Shown: piece after piece, positions 39,346 through 51,288 of the stretch
Layout: each line of letters opens with the position of its first letter
Position numbering within the stretch: position 1 is the first letter of the stretch
Origin: Mobula hypostoma
Lineage: Eukaryota
Direction of reading: 5' to 3'
Assembly: GCF_963921235.1 (NCBI RefSeq)
Contig: NC_086100.1
Location: 203,796,001-203,860,000, forward strand
DNA: 64,000 bases
The notes under the pieces: generated by a model
Seen by the model: the letters and a program-made list of their open reading frames with translations, nothing else
Databases searched by the model: none
Told to the model about the DNA's origin: nothing
Translations under genes and position numbers: made by a program

Positions 39346-40051
39346 AAAACAAGCCAGGAAACGATATCAATTTTTTTTGAGCATTGAAAAGAAATAAAAT
39401 AGAGATGAGAGTGGATTGTTCTTGTTCTTACTCCTTGTATCCCTTCCCCTGCCTTCTGCTTTCTGTGAAGCCCTGCCTTGTCTTGCCGGTAACTCTCGCC
39501 TCGCCTGAAGTTCTGTCTTGCCTTGCATTGCCTGAAGCCTTGCCTTGTCTTGCTGTCTGATCCTGGAGCCACCCTGTACCTAGCTCCCTTCCTAACCCTT
39601 GCCTCCGTCGGATAAGCCAGGCCGTCTTGCCGTTGCCTATGGTTGGTTCTGTCCCTTCCTGTCCCTTGCCTCCGTCGGGTGGTGATCTGCGCCCTGCCCA
39701 GGACTAGCCTCCAGCCTCCTGCCTCCTGCCAAGCCTCGCCTCAAGTTTCCAGACTCCTGCCAAGCCTCGCCTCTAGTCTCTAAGACTCTAGCCTTGTCCT
39801 GCCTGCCAGCCAAGCCTCATCCTTGCCCAGTTCTGGGGTCCGAGCCAGAGGCAAGAGCCAGGTACTGGGTCCTTGTCCAGTCTCTGGCTCGGAGTCCAAG
39901 CCCGGGCTCCTAGCTCTCTTGTCCAGTCCTGTTCCGGGTTCCCGGTTTGCGTGTCCACGTCCTTGCCCTCACCCTGTATCCTAGTCTGGTCCCTAGTACT
40001 TCAGTGTCTGTCTCTTGCACTTGGGTCCATTCCTAGCCACCACCTTATGAC
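39346..40051. mobile_element. LTR-like fragment with internal short repeats
   Basis: Pyrimidine-rich block with repeated GCCAAGCCTCGCCTC units, ending TATGACA where the old CR1 resumes. Confidence 0.4.
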
Positions 40052-42879
40052 AGTTGTACATTTGGACTTTTAGAAGGCCAAGGTGTCACACATGAAGGTG
40101 CTTACCAAGTTAAGAGTTCATATTATGACGGAAAAGTTATTGGCATGGTTAGAACATTGGCTGATTGATAGGAAACAGTGAATGAAAGTAAAAGGATCCC
40201 TTTCTGGTTGGCTGCCAGTGACTATTGGTGTTTCTCAGGGGTTGGCATTGGGACAGCGTCTTTTTATGCTGTATATCAAGGTTTAGCTGACAGAATAGAT
40301 GGCTTTGTTGCCAAGTTTGCAGACGAAACAAAGATTGGTGGAGGGGCCGGTAGTGTTGAGGAAACAGGTAGGCTGCACAAGGACTTGGATGAGGAATGGG
40401 CAAGAAAGTGGCAAATGATATACAATGCTGTAAAATTCATGGTCATGCACTTTGGTAGCAGAAATAATGTGCAGATTATTTTTTTATTAATGGGGAGTAA
40501 ATCCAAAAGTCTGAGATGCAAATGGGCTTGGAAGTTCTTCTGCAGAACACCTGAATAGTTAACCTGTAGGTACAGTCGGTGACGAGGAAGGCAAATGCAA
40601 TGTAGGCATTGAATTTAAGAGGTTTAGAATACAACAGCAGGGATGTGATACTCAGGCATCATTCGGCACTGGTACCTTGAGTATTGTGAGCTGCTCATCA
40701 AAGAAAAGATATGCTGGCATTGGAGTGTCTCCCCTTGTCCTGGTACCGGGGCCATGCTACCCGAGGTGCAAAGGGACTTGGGTGTCCTTGTGCAGGATTC
40801 CCTGAAGGTTAGCATGCAGCTTGTGTCAGTGGTAAGATAGGTAAGCTCAATGTTTGCTTTCATTTTCAGAGGATGAGAGTACAAGAGCAAGGATGTAATT
40901 CTGAGGTTTGAAAAGGCATTACTCAGACCACACTTGGAGTATTGTGGGCAGTTTTGGGTCCAGTGTATCGCAAAAGATGTGCTGGCATTGGAAAGGGTCC
41001 AGGAGGTTCACAAGAATGATTCCAGGAATGAAAGAGTTAACATATGAGGAGTGTTTGATGGTTCTGGATCTGTACTCATGGGAATTTAGAAGAATGACTG
41101 ATTTATTATCCCTCTCAACCCTATTCTCCCACCTCCTCTCCATAACTTTTGATGCCCTGACTAATCAAGAAGTTTACCTATCAACTTCTGCTTTAAAAAT
41201 CAAACATGAGAAAATCTGCAGATGCTGGTAGTCCAAACTACACAGGTCCTGATGAAGGGTCTCGGCCTGATCTCTCTGATACCTATCTGGAGAGAGTTGA
41301 TGTTGTGAGGATGTCAAGAACAGAAGGCACAGCCTCTGACTGTAGGGATGTCCATTTAGAACAGAGATGAGAGGGAATTCCTTTAGTCACAGGATGGTGA
41401 ATCTGCCTCAGGCAGCTGTGGTGGCCAAATCACTGACAATGTTTAAAGTGGAGCAACACACACAAAATGCTGGAGGAACTCAGCAGGGCAGGAAGCATCT
41501 ATGGAGAAGAGTAAACTGTAGATGGTTCGGGCTGAAACCCTTCATCAGGACCTGTTTTGCTTAAGGGTCACTGCAAATTCACCCCCTGTCCTAATGAGGG
41601 GCTGTGGATGATGGGGTTGTGGGAAAGAGCAGAAAGAGATCCTTATCTCCATCTTTGTCCCCCTCCAAGTTTTCTCGTTACATCTACGCACACAGTTCAC
41701 CCACAGGCTTTCCACCCCTCCCCCACCTGGTTCTGGTTCAATCTGCCATTCGTCTCTCCCCGCTGGTTCTCATTATCAACTCCTTTACTGTCTCAAACCT
41801 TCACCCTCCCCCCACTCCACACTTCACACTCACAAATGAATGGTAACATTGAATGAAGGGCCTGTTCCTGTGCTGTACTATTCTATGTTCTCTCCTCTCT
41901 GTTCAGAAGAATAGGATGAGATCGCAGGGAAACACAAAATTCTTTCAGAGGTCAACAGGCAGGATGCAGGGAGGTTGTTTCCCCTCTCTGAGGAGTCAAC
42001 GGTCAGGGGCTACTGTCTTTGGGATTCTCAGAACCTGTGGAGGGGGAGGGGGTTTGGGGGTTCTTAGCCATTCAGTTCACAGAGCTATCACCGTACAGCA
42101 CAGAAATGTGCCCTTCCACCCATCATCTCTGTGCTGACCTATTTACCCATCTACAGTCATCCCATTGGCCGGCATTAGATCAGTGGTCAGTTTCCTTCTG
42201 TGCTTTGTCTACTGAAGTGTCTGTCCAAGTGTCTCTTAAACACAGAGGACTGGAGGCCTGTGACCTGCAGAGGTCGGTGCTGGGCCCACGTGTGTTTGAC
42301 ATTCATATTAATGATTTGGATGAGATTGTAGGTGACAAAGTAGAACTTTGTGGGTGACACTAACATTCATGGTATAGTGGACAGGGAAGAGGGTTATCTC
42401 TGTTTACACCGGGCCCTTGATCAACTGTAGAGATGGATGCAGTGACAATGTTTTAAAATAGATCTTGGTGGGTACGTGGATAAGAAAGGTGGAAAGGAAT
42501 AATGGGCAAGTGGGCAAGTTGGGCCGAGGAGCCTTTGTGACCTCCTGTTTAAACACCCCTTTCCTGCACTTGTTTCTGCTGTCCATCCCCCCGTTTATTT
42601 CTGTTCTTGAGGGAAGATGTCGACCGGAATTGTAGACTCTCTACCTCTCTCCACACCTGTCGCCTGACCCGCTGGGTTCTTGCAGCATTTTGTGTCTGTT
42701 TGATCGGAAAATCTCTGCTCTCCGTCCAGCGGAAAACGCTTGGGGAGACATTAGTTGTCAATCTGCTTTTGTCGTTCAAACCATGGGAAAGGTTCGTGTC
42801 AGCCTCCCGACAGCGCCTGAGGCCCACTGGTCACGGGGCCGTGCTGCCCAAATCTCCCCCGTCCTGGGTTCACGCTGTC

Positions 42880-43280
42880 CAAGTCTACCCCCGATCACCA
42901 GGGCCGCGTTGCCTGAGTCTCCCCCCGATCACCAGGGCCGCGTTGCCCGAGTCTCCCCCCCGATCACCAGGGCCGCGTTGCCCGAGACTCCCCCCCGATC
43001 ACCAGGGACGCGCTGTCCGAGTCTCCCCCCGATCACCAGGGCCGCGTTGCCTGAGTCTCCCCCCGATCACCAGGGCCGCGTTGCCCGAGTCTACCCCCGA
43101 TCACCAGGGCCGCGCTGTCCGAGTCTCCCCCCGATCACCAGGGCTGCATTGCCTGAGTCTCCCCCCGATCACCAGGGCCGCGTTGCCCGAGTCTCCCCCC
43201 CGATCACCAGGGCCGCGTTGCCCGAGTCTCCCCCCGATCACCAGGGCCACGTTGCCCGAGTCTCCCCCCAATCCCCGGGC
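42880..43280. repeat. GC-rich minisatellite, 34-35-bp unit, 11 full copies
   Basis: Unit GATCACCAGGGCCGCGTTGCCCGAGTCTCCCCCC; GATCACCA starts at 42893, 42927, 42962, 42997, 43031, 43065, 43099, 43133, 43167, 43202 and 43236. Confidence 0.97.
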
Positions 43281-43309
43281 ACTCTCTAATTCTCTGTTTC
43301 TCCCCCCAG

Positions 43310-43863
43310 TCTCTGCAACCCTGGATGTGGAAACAGCGCATCCGCAGCTCGAGGTGTCTGAGGACCGGAAGAGTGTGAGGTGGACTGGGACCCGGAGGAA
43401 TCTCCCTGACACCTGGAAGAGATTCACAAACCGGGCTTGTGTGCTGGGATCGCAGGGATTCACATCGGGGAGACATTACTGGGAGGTGGAGGTGGCGGGG
43501 AATCGCCTCTGGTGTCTGGGAGTCGCCGCAGAGTCTGTGGACAGGAAGGAAGGGGACAGACTGAGTCCGGAGACCGGATTCTGGATCATCGAGCGGTTTT
43601 ATAACGTGATACATCGGGTTTGTGACATGATGAACGTTCACACCTCCCCTGAACCCCGTCTCCCTGCCGGTCCCATCCCTGGGAGGGTGGGAGTTTATCT
43701 CAGTTACGAGTCCGGGACGGTTTCATTTTACAACGCGGAGACCAAGTCCCATCTCCACACCTTTACTGGGAATAAATTCAGGGGGAAACTTTATCCTTTC
43801 TTTGCGCCTTGGGATGAAAACCAGTGGCTGAGAATTTGCTCCGGTTCCGCTCCGGGTCTGTAA
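43310..43863 (+). CDS. TRIM exon 6: PRY-SPRY (B30.2) domain; completes a 478-aa RFP/TRIM27-TRIM39/A33-like E3 ligase
   Basis: CTAAT branch point and polypyrimidine tract before CAG (ends 43309), phase 1. Motifs LDVETAHPQL, CVLGSQGFTSGRHYWEVEV, RVGVYLSYESG and LYPFF. Exon lengths sum to 1437 bp with no internal stop. Confidence 0.95.
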
Positions 43864-44124
43864 ACGGGTCAGGTCCCGGGACCGGCATCAGGAGTCAAGT
43901 CCCTATAAATATAAATGTGCTGAGAGTGAAATAATCACGATATGAGATTTATTGATCTGTTAATTTTAATTCATTCACTGCATCCGACAACAGAACAGAA
44001 ACACTGCGGATTCAGCAGCAGCCGCGGGCTCCCCCGGGTCCTAAAGTCCACCGGCAATGGGACGGGTGAAGTAGGACAAGTGGGGGCGAAGCTGACTGGA
44101 AAAGAAATTGAAGATTGATGCTAA

Positions 44125-44890
44125 GTGTTCATTAAGTTCATCTGCCATTTCTTTGTCCCCCATCACTACTTCACCAACATCATTTTCCAGTGGTCCAATA
44201 TCAACTCTCTTTCACTCTTCATGTAACTGAAAACTAAACTTTTCGTATCCTGATTTATATTATTGGCTAGTTTGCCCTCATATTTCATTTTTACCATTCT
44301 TATGGCTTTTTTCGTTGTTTTTTGTTGGCTTTTAAGAGCATCCCAATAATCCAACATCCCACTCACCTTTGCTACCTTATATGCCATTTCCTTAGGTAAC
44401 ACACAATCCTTAACTTCCTTTGTCAGCCTCAGATTCCTACCACTACCATTTGAGAAATTCTTTGGTGGGACTTGTCTCTCTTGCACCTTGTAAACTATTC
44501 CCAGATATGTCAGCCACTGCTGTTCAGCTGTCATCTCCACAGTATCCTCCTCTAATTCACCTGGGCAAATTCCTCTCTCATGCCTCTGTAATTCCCTTTA
44601 TTCCATTGAGAGATTGATGCATGTGACTTAGGGCTCTCTGTCTCAAAGTGCAGTATGAATTCAATTATATGCCTCCTAGGGATTCCTTTACTTTAAACTC
44701 CCGAATAAGATCAGGGTTATTACAGAGCACCCAATCCAAGATGGCCTATCCGGCAAGTAGGCCCAAACACAAACTGCTTTAAAAAGCCGTCTTGTAGGCA
44801 TTCAACAAATGCCCTATTGTGATCTAACAATAACCTGATTTTCCCAACCCTTTGCATATTGATGTCCCCCGATACAATTGTGACGTTGCC
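44125..44890 (-). mobile_element. Decayed CR1 fragment
   Basis: KKAIRMVKMKYEGKLANNI and FVECLQDGFLKQ resemble CR1 ORF2 at 17180-17752 and 23775-24245. Confidence 0.75.
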
Positions 44891-47100
44891 ATTGTTATAT
44901 GCCTTTGCCCGTCCAATACTGTGAATTAACTTAAAGTTAGTCCCATAACTTAATAAAGTTTTTATCTGAAAACTATCAAACCCCCGAAGATTGTACTGAA
45001 GACTGCATTTGATTTTTTTTTCAGCCAAATCTGCTTCACACTGAAATAGTATGTGTTTCACAGTTTCAGAATGACAAAATATACACGATACAGAATGAAG
45101 TTTTCCAATTAGATACAAGGCACAATTAAGCATAGTGAGGGCATTTCTAAGTCATGTCAACATCATTCCTTCCCTTCTTGTTTTAAGTCCTTCTTCTAAA
45201 AACCCAGCTGGTTTATGTATTCTGTAAAGGTGTCTGTCCTTATATCCAATATCCTACAAGCCTTGTCATAAGTCCCTAATTCTTCACCGTACCAACCCCT
45301 TAGCTTCTGATTTGTGAAATGGAAAGTCCATATCTCTACAGTTGAATTTTAAACAGTTTTTGTCGCGAAACAGTCAACCCCATCATTTCCCTCAACAGTG
45401 CGATGTGCAGGGCCCATATGCAGACATATAAACCAAACTCTGTATATGAAATATTGTTTGATGAGTTTCCAACAGTCAATCTGACCTACTGCTAGAATGA
45501 CCTGTTTTAAGGCTCATCAAAACCGAAAAGGATTCTAAACAAATTACAAGCTTGCAAGGACCAATTTCTTCCACCCACTGTAACCCTAAAATTATGGCAA
45601 AGAATTCTGCTTCAACAAAGATTTTCATGTTGCACTCCACGAATACCCACACAGATGACTGAGGGTAATTAATGCTCCCTTACATTTATCAATTATTTTA
45701 CTGATATGGTGCTTCCATGTCAGCTTATTATCCATCTATTTACCTGGAAATCTTACCACTGACATATTTTCAGGAGATTGACTATATAATTTCAAATCAA
45801 GTGCAGGTCTATTAATCCTGTTAGTAAAACAGATAACATGTTTTAATGACTGAAAACTTAAAATCTTCATCTATTTGCCCACTGTTTGATCTATTAATTG
45901 TAAACTGCATCCTATTTACAGTAAAATGGAAATACTACCTCTAATCTAGAAAGCTACATCATCTCAATATAGTGACTTACGCACCGGAGTACCCATCTCA
46001 GAGAAAATATCATTAATCATAATATTAAATAATGAAGGGCTACAAATACTGCCCTGAGGAGCCCCATTCTCTGTCTCATCGAAACACAAACATGATGTGC
46101 CCACCCGTACCTGCACAAACCGTCCAAATAAAAACTCAGATAAATTATGCAATATCCCCTCACTCCTAATTTCCAAAATTTAATCAAAAGTCCTTCCTTC
46201 CATAACATATCATATGCATTTACAATATTAGAAATACTGCTGTAACAACATCTTTATTTAACTGTGCTTTTTTATAATCATTTTCCAAGCCTAAAACTGA
46301 ATCCAATGTAATTCTACCCTTCCGAAATCCACTCTTAATAAAACACTATATCACCCCTCTTTCCAAAATATAGCTCAAGCGCTCGATTACCATACATTCC
46401 GTCAGTTTACATAAATAAGACATTGATGATATAAGCCTATAACTAGAAAGATCAGTTGGGGATCTGCCAGGTTTCAGAACAGGCACAAGTGCTGCATTCT
46501 CCATGAGGGAGGAAGATGACCTCATCTCTAAACACGATTTAAAAATTTAATATTTTCACAAGAGAGAATTACAATTACATATATCACCTTTTCCTAGGGA
46601 CGCCCGACTTGCATTAATAATAGACTTTATAAATTTCTGCAAAGAAAACTCTGCATCAATGATACTATCATTGCTTCGGCTGACTTCCAACACCTCTGGG
46701 TATTCACTGAAAAACATACCCCTACATTGATTAACTTCTTCACTTAAATTATCTTGATTATGACTTGCACAACATGACGCAGCCAGCAACACAACCTTCC
46801 ATGTTTCAGTAACAATCAGTTTGCCCTCATTAATCAATACTGAAATATTAAGATCGTTTCAAATCTCCCCATTTTCTAAATCATACCCCAAACATCTCCA
46901 AGTTAAATATCCTTTCAAATATTATATCAATATGACCTCCAGTAAATCACCATCTTCCTCACCACGACCTGCGCCCTTTTATCCTTAATAATGTCACTCG
47001 GAGACTGATGGATCATCACATAAAAACTTACATTTCTCCCAGTTTGCTTTATCAAATACCTCAGCTCCTACAAGTGTCTTCCTATCCCCAATATAAATTC
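44891..47100 (-). mobile_element. Decayed I/Nimb-type LINE (RT plus RNase H remnants)
   Basis: GAPQGSICSPSLFNIMINDI (ORF 45964-46176) and an RNase H-like PAHRTVEGNDGVD at about 45375-45415. Confidence 0.65.
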
Positions 47101-47149
47101 AAACTCAAGCTCAGAAAGGCAGGAAGGTTGACTGATGTTCACATTAACT

Positions 47150-47505
47150 AATCACGATGTGATTTTGAATTTGAACTCTCCCCCAGCTGCCTATCACCTC
47201 CCTCATGATTCCGCCTCCTTCTACTACCCATTGTTTTCCTGCCTATCACCTCCCTGCTTTCCCTCCTCCACCCCTTTGTGTTTCAAATTACTGGTTTTTC
47301 AGCTGAACCTACTGGCCTTCTCCTTCCCACCCTCCCCCCACCTTCCTTATAGGGCCTCTACCCATTCCCTCTTCAATCCTGATGAAGGGTTCTGGCCCGA
47401 AACATCGACTCATCATTTCCACTGATGCTGCCCAACCTGCTGAGTTCCTCCAGCGTGTTGTGACTGTTGCTTTGATCCCAGCATCTGCAGATTATTTTGT
47501 GTTTA
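47150..47505 (+). mobile_element. Penelope-derived terminal repeat with a hammerhead-like core
   Basis: CTGATGAAGGGTTCTGGCCCGAAACATCGACT at 47379-47410. Confidence 0.7.
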
Positions 47506-47529
47506 TGATGGAGCTTTATGGATTAGAGG

Positions 47530-48660
47530 TAGAAATTTCAATTTTACTGTATATAGGATGCATTCACAATTAATAAGGTTGAACAGTCGGCAAATAGATG
47601 GGATTTAAGCTTTCAGTAGCTAGAAGACAAGTTGTGTGTTTTACAAATGGAATTAATGGACCTGCTCTTGATTGGAAATTATATGGTCAAACTCCTTAAA
47701 CGGTGTCAGTGGTAAGATTTGTAGGCATGTGGGTGGGTAATAAACTGATATGGAAGGACTGGATCAGAAAATAATTGATAAATACAAAGAAACATTAAAT
47801 ACTCTCAGTTATCTCTATGGTTATTCTGGGATGTTACATAAAAATATTTATTGAGCAATTTCATTTGTTTAATTGGATCTGTTCTTGATTATGCTTGTGT
47901 GGTTTATAGATCAGCTTCATCTTCAACCTTATAATACAGTATTTGGATGCGATACAAGCATAGGCTTCAAGATTGTGTTGTGGTGCACTAAGGTTGTCTC
48001 TTGTTTCAGCTTCACTGTTTGAAATTGTGGAGGTTGAATTTAATGTTAAGATATTGGATTAATTTAAGAGGGAAGAAATGATTAATCTGTTCAAGGTGTG
48101 TTGGAGGACTGTTGGGAACTTCACAAGACGAGTGTTTTTAGTTTTGGGTGCCTGGGTTCTTATCACGCTTGAAAAATGGGTTCGTTGGGTTTTGCAAAAT
48201 GTCCTATAGTTGCTTTCTTGGTTACCCCAACTTGTTTCTTGCAATACCTTTAGCTGATTTTAGGATACACGATATAGTAAAGCCTAACGATTCTGCTATG
48301 CCTCAGAATTTCTTGATTCATTATATATTAAAAAAGCTATTGAGATAGTTTAACCATTTTTACAGAAGGATCAAAATATAGTTTAACTGGGAATGTTGGT
48401 GTGGCTGTGTTATGCGTGAATTATAGGTAACAACAAAGAAACTGCCTTCCAACCATTTATCAGGATTTACAACAGAATCGCTTACCAATTATTTGTGCTT
48501 AGAGTGGGTGGAGGAAATTTGTCCATGTAAGTTTGTAATTTGTTCAGATTCCCTTTCAGTTTTCAAGAGTCTTAAAACAGGTCATTTTCGCAGCAGGTCA
48601 GATTTACTGCTGGAAACTCATCAAACATTATTCCATATTCAAAGGATTGGATTCCAGGTG
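47530..48660 (+). mobile_element. Decayed I/Nimb-type LINE with RNase H remnant
   Basis: ORF 48493-48720 reads FVICSDSLSVFKSLKTGH..SRSDLLLE; homologous to 62290-63176. Confidence 0.65.
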
Positions 48661-49193
48661 TGCACTAATTTGGGGATGCATGAAGACACAGTGAGAAGTC
48701 GGATCCTGAGGAGTCGGTAGATCAGAGGGATCTGGGAACACAGATTCATAATTACTTGAAAGTGGTGTCACAGGTAGATAGTGTTGAAATGAGAGCTTCT
48801 GGCACATTAGACTTCATAAATCAAAGTATTGAGTACAGGAGATGGGATGTTATGTTGAAGTTCTATAAGATGTTGTTGAGGCCTAATCTGGAGTATTGTG
48901 TGCAGTTTTTGTTACCTTCCTGAAAGAAAATTATCAACAAAATTGAAAGTGTGCAGAGAAAATTGACAATCGGTCTGCTGGAACTTGAGGATTCGAACTT
49001 TAGAAAAAGGTAAGTTCTTCATTCCCTCTAGTGTTGGAAATGAAGGGAGATTTTGCAGATGTAGACAAAATTATCAGTGTTGTTGATGGGAAATGCAGGC
49101 AGGGTTTTTCTTCTGAGGTTGGGTGAGATGGGAACAAGAGATCACAGTTTAAGGGTGAAAGGTGAAATATCTAAGAGGAACCTGAGTGGGAAT

Positions 49194-49765
49194 TGTTGGA
49201 GTGGATTTTTTTGGGGGGTAGATGATTTGTTAACACTTAAATGACTTTGGCCACCAGACTTCTATTTTAACTGTTTGACAAAGGACTGTGGATTGAGTCC
49301 ACCACAATGGGCTTCCTAAAAAGGTGTGAATACCAGATACTCTGGCGCTGTAGTTTGACCAGGTGCTGTAGTTTCGAAGACAGTTTTATCTATACATTAT
49401 AAATATTAATTGTCTTCTATGTTAGCACAGGAAATGCCAAATAAATGTATCGTAGACTTAAATTACATTCCTAAAAGCTGTGGATGCCAACCCAGACATG
49501 TTGGCGTTGGAAGGAAAGGATGGTGTGATATTTTGTATGTAGCTTCAAGAGGAAGTATTGTCTATGCATTGTCTGTAACCTTTTAAGTAGCAACTGCCTT
49601 TGTGTTTAGTATATAAACATCGAGCCCACATTGAGCTAGCAGGCCTTTCTGTTGAAAGTGTCTCCGTCTGTAGATGCCTGTTGTACCTTGTTGTGTCGAA
49701 TAAAGAAGCTGCTTTGTATCTACCAGTGACTCTGTCTCTCCAGTAATTTCATCCATGTTACAACA
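49194..49765 (+). mobile_element. Solo LTR (572 bp) inserted in a decayed CR1
   Basis: TGTTG...CAACA ends, 5-bp TSD GGAAT (49189-49193 and 49766-49770), TATATAAA near 49610 and AATAAA near 49699. Confidence 0.9.
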
Positions 49766-50370
49766 GGAATTCTTTCATTCAGAGGGTGGTGAGGGTGTGG
49801 GAAGAGCTGTCAGTGGAAGTTATGGATTTCATTGCAGAGAAGTTTGGATCAGTACATGGATGGGAGGGATATTGAGCGCCATGGTCCAGATGCAGTTTTG
49901 GGACTCAGCAGAATAACAATTCGGTGCGGACTAAATGGGCAAAAGGGTTCGTTTCTTTGTTATAGTGCTCTCTGACTCTAAGTAAAGTGTAGGTGAAGGG
50001 GAACTGATCTGGTCTGTTGTCAGGGAGAATGCAATGTGTTTTAAGGGTTTCCTGCTGGGGACAGAAGTGAATAGGTACTGGACATCCATGGTCAAAGTGA
50101 GGCGATCAGGGCAGGGATTTTAAAGTTGTTGAAGAGCAAAGAGACACAGACACCCACATGCACACAGAGGGGTACACACACACACACACACTCAAACGTG
50201 CTCCCTCCATCATTCCATTGGCCTTCACCCTGCTTCCCAAAAATTGTTTGTTCCTCCTCAAACTGTTCTCGCTCTGCTGCCCCCATTTTCACCCTTTCCC
50301 ACTCTCCCCACCTCCTCTTCCCCATCCCTCACCGTCTCCTTCTTTCTGTTTCTCCTCTCCCCTCACTCTT

Positions 50371-50745
50371 CACTCTTCATTCGTTCCCTTCCCCACTGCC
50401 ACAGTCTTTCCTCCACACATTCGACTCTACCCTACTCACTCACTCCCGTTCTACTTTCCCTTATTGTCTCTCTCTCCCCTTTCGCTGCCTCTCGCCCTAT
50501 TTCCAATTCCTCCTTTACTGCAGCTCGCTTTCCCCGCCACACTCCCGTCCCCACCCCTCCCGGCTCTGTGATGACGGTTGACACGCCCAGTGAATTGTCT
50601 GATGTGCAATTCTTCGTTGTTTGGAAAGCTGCAATGTGCTCTCAGAAAATAAAAAAACACGCGGCTTCCGGGAGTGGCCCGCTTGTTCCCGTATTGTGTG
50701 CTACAGAGCTACAGAATAGCCGGGGGAGGGGAGTGTGGAGAGAGC

Positions 50746-50778
<33 letters not shown>

Positions 50779-50831
50779 CGAGAGAGAGAGAGAGCGAGAG
50801 AGCGAGCGAGAGAGAGAGAGAGAGAGCGAGA

Positions 50832-50862
<31 letters not shown>

Positions 50863-51288
50863 TAACTATACTTATATAGCCTCAGTCTCTCTCTTTTCGT
50901 CCTCCACTCTTCATCCGTTCTCTTCCCCACTGCCCCACTCTTTCCTCCACACACTCCACCCTACCCTAAACACACAGTGCCCTTCTTCTCTCCATTATTG
51001 TCTCTTTCTCCCGTTCTGCCGAACATTTCTCCTGCCGCTCGCCTTCTCCCCAATTCCCCCTTTTCTGTAGCTCGTTTCCCCGGCACCCACCCGTCCGCAA
51101 CACCCCCCCCCACCCCGACCCCGCACTGTGATGACGGTTGACACGCACAGCGAATTATAAATGTTGTACAGTTCTTCGTTGTTTGGAAAGCAACAATGTT
51201 CTCTCAGAAGATAAATGCTTGTGGTTTCCGAGAGGCCATATCGTTACCTATTTGTGTGCTACAGAATAGGCGGGGGAGGGGAGTGTGG
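50371..51288. repeat. Two diverged ~370-bp direct repeats flanking an (AG)n microsatellite
   Basis: Copies 50371-50738 and 50905-51288; (AG)n with AGCG interruptions at about 50739-50862. Confidence 0.9.

Larger units (their letters stand above)
34290..41450 (+). mobile_element. Old decayed CR1 LINE fragmented by younger insertions (TRIM intron 5)
   Basis: ORF1-like IGDSIIRGADREICG near 34325; the element resumes at about 36638, 38938 and 40052 in CR1 order (endonuclease, then RT FADETKIGG). Confidence 0.7.

Noticed and set aside
42880..43280. 34-35-bp periodic repeat resembling a CRISPR array
   Set aside because: Units are head-to-tail with no unique spacers, there are no cas genes, and the context is a eukaryotic intron.
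42607..43309. Pro/Arg-rich N-terminal part of the 418-aa ORF
   Set aside because: It is read-through of intron sequence and the minisatellite; the true exon starts at the acceptor at 43310.
50566..50602. Box C (GTGATGA) and box D (CTGA) suggesting a C/D snoRNA
   Set aside because: The boxes are only about 25 nt apart, there is no terminal stem, and box D is missing from the second copy.
50674..51070. ERERER and SLSLSL ORFs
   Set aside because: These are translations of the (AG)n microsatellite.
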